Of a stretch of 64,000 bases of DNA, positions 61,724-64,000 are shown piece by piece. The stretch is taken from contig OZ024740.1 of the NCBI GenBank assembly GCA_964016885.1, positions 55,800,001 through 55,864,000 on the forward strand, given 5' to 3'. Numbering within the stretch: the first letter of the stretch is position 1; every line of letters begins with the position of its first letter. The DNA is from Eledone cirrhosa (taxonomy: Eukaryota). Both the position numbers and the translations under genes were made by a program. Below the pieces are notes generated by a model, which made no database searches, was not told the DNA's origin, and saw only the letters and a list, made by a program, of their open reading frames with translations.

Positions 61724-61727
<4 letters not shown>
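61462..61727. mobile_element. Family C element with multiple internal inversions
   Basis: CCCGACGGCAGAGCTCAAGCC blocks in both orientations; TACCCACTCTACTACCCTAAGTATTGAGTAC and its reverse complement. Confidence 0.75.
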
Positions 61728-61772
<45 letters not shown>

Positions 61773-61812
61773 TACAAATATTAATAAAATAGATGTTCTT
61801 TTGATCAATTAA

Positions 61813-61865
61813 ATTTTATTATGCATATTTCAGAGGTACAACAGTACGTCCTCATCAGACAAAAT
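61813..61865 (-). ncRNA. Type I hammerhead at the 3' end of the PLE whose ORF is at 63246-64000
   Basis: Reverse complement: ATTTTGT-CTGATGA-GGACGTAC-TGTT-GTACCTCT-GAAA-TATGCA-TA-ATAAAAT; same strand as the ORF; (TA)n about 45 bp downstream. Confidence 0.75.
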
Positions 61866-63245
61866 ATAATGATATATGACATACGCTGAGATGTTAAATG
61901 GTTAAGATTTAATCAAGGTAGTGATTAACCTAAGAGAAAACTCAACATTTATAATGAGAAAATGCGAAAACGTAATAAATTCAATAGAAAATGTGTGAGT
62001 AAGAAAAACGTTGGTTAATGTGACAGCTATAGAGATTTTAAAATGTAGGATACTACAAGTTATGGTTATGTAGGAAAACATCTCATGAATTATAACTGTC
62101 CACGAAGGGCGCTAAAAGAGGATTTAAAGAGAGGGAAAGATAAAGGGGAGTAATATATGCAGAAAGAGATTTTTTTTTCCCCTAAAAGTTAAACGGTTAA
62201 GTTTCAAAATATTTAATTTATGTTATTTTAAGGGTGAAGAATCAAGATTTTAGGTTTTTTTAAAGTTGATGGTTATTTATATTTATTAATTTTATAAATT
62301 CTATAAGTGTGTTAACATTTCTAAACTTCTGAATTTTATGAGAATAAAATTTAAAGGATTTACCTGGCCAGCGAAAAGAAAATTTACACTGTTGAATATT
62401 TTCCTAAATGTAATCTTTAACGAAAATTGCCTATAAAAATGTCAACAATTTCGGTATGTAAAGCTTATGAAGTACTTATTGTTAGAAATTTCTAAATAAC
62501 GATTAGGTATATAGAGATATATTAAATATTAATGAGCCAGTATATTTTAGGTAAATGATAACGAATATAAAATAATAGATTCAAACATGCTCAAGTTAAA
62601 TAGATACATATATATAAAAGGGTGTAAATGCATGAATGATTCACAGTTCAAAATAAATAATCTAAAAATGTAAAAGTTATTTAAAAATTAGGTATAGAGA
62701 GATACAGAGAGATATATATAGATATATATTAAGTATTAGTGATACAGTATACTTTAGGTAAATGATAACGATTATAATCTTATATAATAGATTTCAACGT
62801 ACTACAGTTAAATACATATATATATATATAAGAAAAATAATAATAAATGCATGGATAATTCAGAGTTCAAAATAAGGTCCGTAAAAAATTTACAGGTTGG
62901 ATATTTGCTCTATATTTGAATCATGGATAGAAATATAAGGTAGGTATATTTAAAAACTTACAAAAGATAAGTACATACATATTATAAATAAAAAATGTAA
63001 ACACATGAATGATTCACAGTTAAAAATAAGTTCCGTAAAAATATACAGGTTGGATATTTAAACTAAAATTTAAAACTTAGATAGGAAAATAAAAATAGAG
63101 AAATAATGGTATGGATCAAAGTTAATAATACTATGTTATGTATATCAACGTGTGAGCGTGTTATTGAACAAGTGTCATTCATTCGAGCGTTATTTCTTCT
63201 ATAGATAATACAATATTAAAGGCCATTAATGTTTTTCCATGTTGG

Positions 63246-64000
63246 TTATTTACGTTTGAAAACCAAGTTCTCTTTTTTTCTGGTTTTGTGGGAGGCTAGG
63301 AATGTAGACGTAGCTTTATGAAGGCAACTAGAGAATAATTCACTTTTTTTGTTAATTAGGGTCTCATAGTTATTAATAATCAACAGGGTCTCCATTGTAC
63401 AGAGCGCGCAGTTATTTGATATACTAGAGTTGCGGTAAGCTCCACAATTCCGAAGTTTTGTCCAAAGAATGGAGTATTTTAAATTCCTCTCTGTTAATGA
63501 CCATATGAGCTGTGATAAAGAAGTGGATGATTTCCTCTTGGAGTTCGAGAATGAGCATTTATGTTTCGCAAATCTGGCTTTAAATTTAGAAGTGGTTCCT
63601 ATGTAGTTGTATGTGTTGTGATCAGTTTTTACGGTGCATTTATAAACCAAATTACTATCTAGACAATTATTTTGCAGAGGGCAGTCAGTTTTATTTCTAC
63701 AATTACATTTTGGTTTAGTATCATTTATGTTAACGCTATTATTAAGATCATTATGCTGGTTTTGTTTTAGAATTTTAGTGTTTAATTTGGCAATGTTTTG
63801 GGCCATGTTCATAGTTGTAGAATACGAGAATTTAATGGTGTCTCTATTAAAAATGGAATGGTATTTATGTTGAGTAGGGAAAGAGGTGTCCAAAGCATTA
63901 AAGAATAATTTTGCAATTGGTGTTCTAACTGCCACCGAAGCAGGGGGGGGGGGCATATGACTGATTTTCCTCAATTTATTTGGCGTATGGGTGTTTGAAT
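63246..64000 (-). CDS. Penelope-like retroelement ORF: RT thumb/linker and GIY-YIG endonuclease; frame open to the window edge
   Basis: HSIFNRDTIKFSYSTTMN..CNCRNKTDCPLQNNC..LVYKC..YIGTT..FKARFAKHKCSF..W..CALCTME..INKKSELFSSCLH. Confidence 0.92.
   Translation of the reverse strand, partial: SNTHTPNKLRKISHMPPPPASVAVRTPIAKLFFNALDTSFPTQHKYHSIFNRDTIKFSYSTTMNMAQNIAKLNTKILKQNQHNDLNNSVNINDTKPKCNCRNKTDCPLQNNCLDSNLVYKCTVKTDHNTYNYIGTTSKFKARFAKHKCSFSNSKRKSSTSLSQLIWSLTERNLKYSILWTKLRNCGAYRNSSISNNCALCTMETLLIINNYETLINKKSELFSSCLHKATSTFLASHKTRKKENLVFKRK

Overview
Very AT-rich, microsatellite-dominated animal DNA. The SINE and RTE families resemble those of octopus/cephalopod genomes (inference from recalled motifs). 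No complete host gene is visible, and nearly all ORFs in the supplied track are (TA)n/(CA)n/(GA)n artefacts. Recognisable coding remnants all come from transposons: an R4/Dong-type RT fragment, a mariner transposase fragment, several RTE-clade LINE pieces and three Penelope-like (PLE) GIY-YIG endonuclease regions. There are also about 14 copies of one tRNA-derived SINE, a non-autonomous Helitron and several MITE-like palindromes. The main unexplained structure is a dense population of short elements inserted in (TA)n tracts that carry minimal type I hammerhead ribozymes (HHRs), in about ten different sequence families, often as inverted or palindromic pairs. The clearest case is 7 apparently identical 465-bp tandem units (44484-47744), each with an intact HHR in a hairpin-rich, non-coding monomer. 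This is the expected architecture of a non-LTR retrozyme or PLE-mobilised circular-RNA array. A few weak splice signals suggest 5' exons of a minus-strand host gene.
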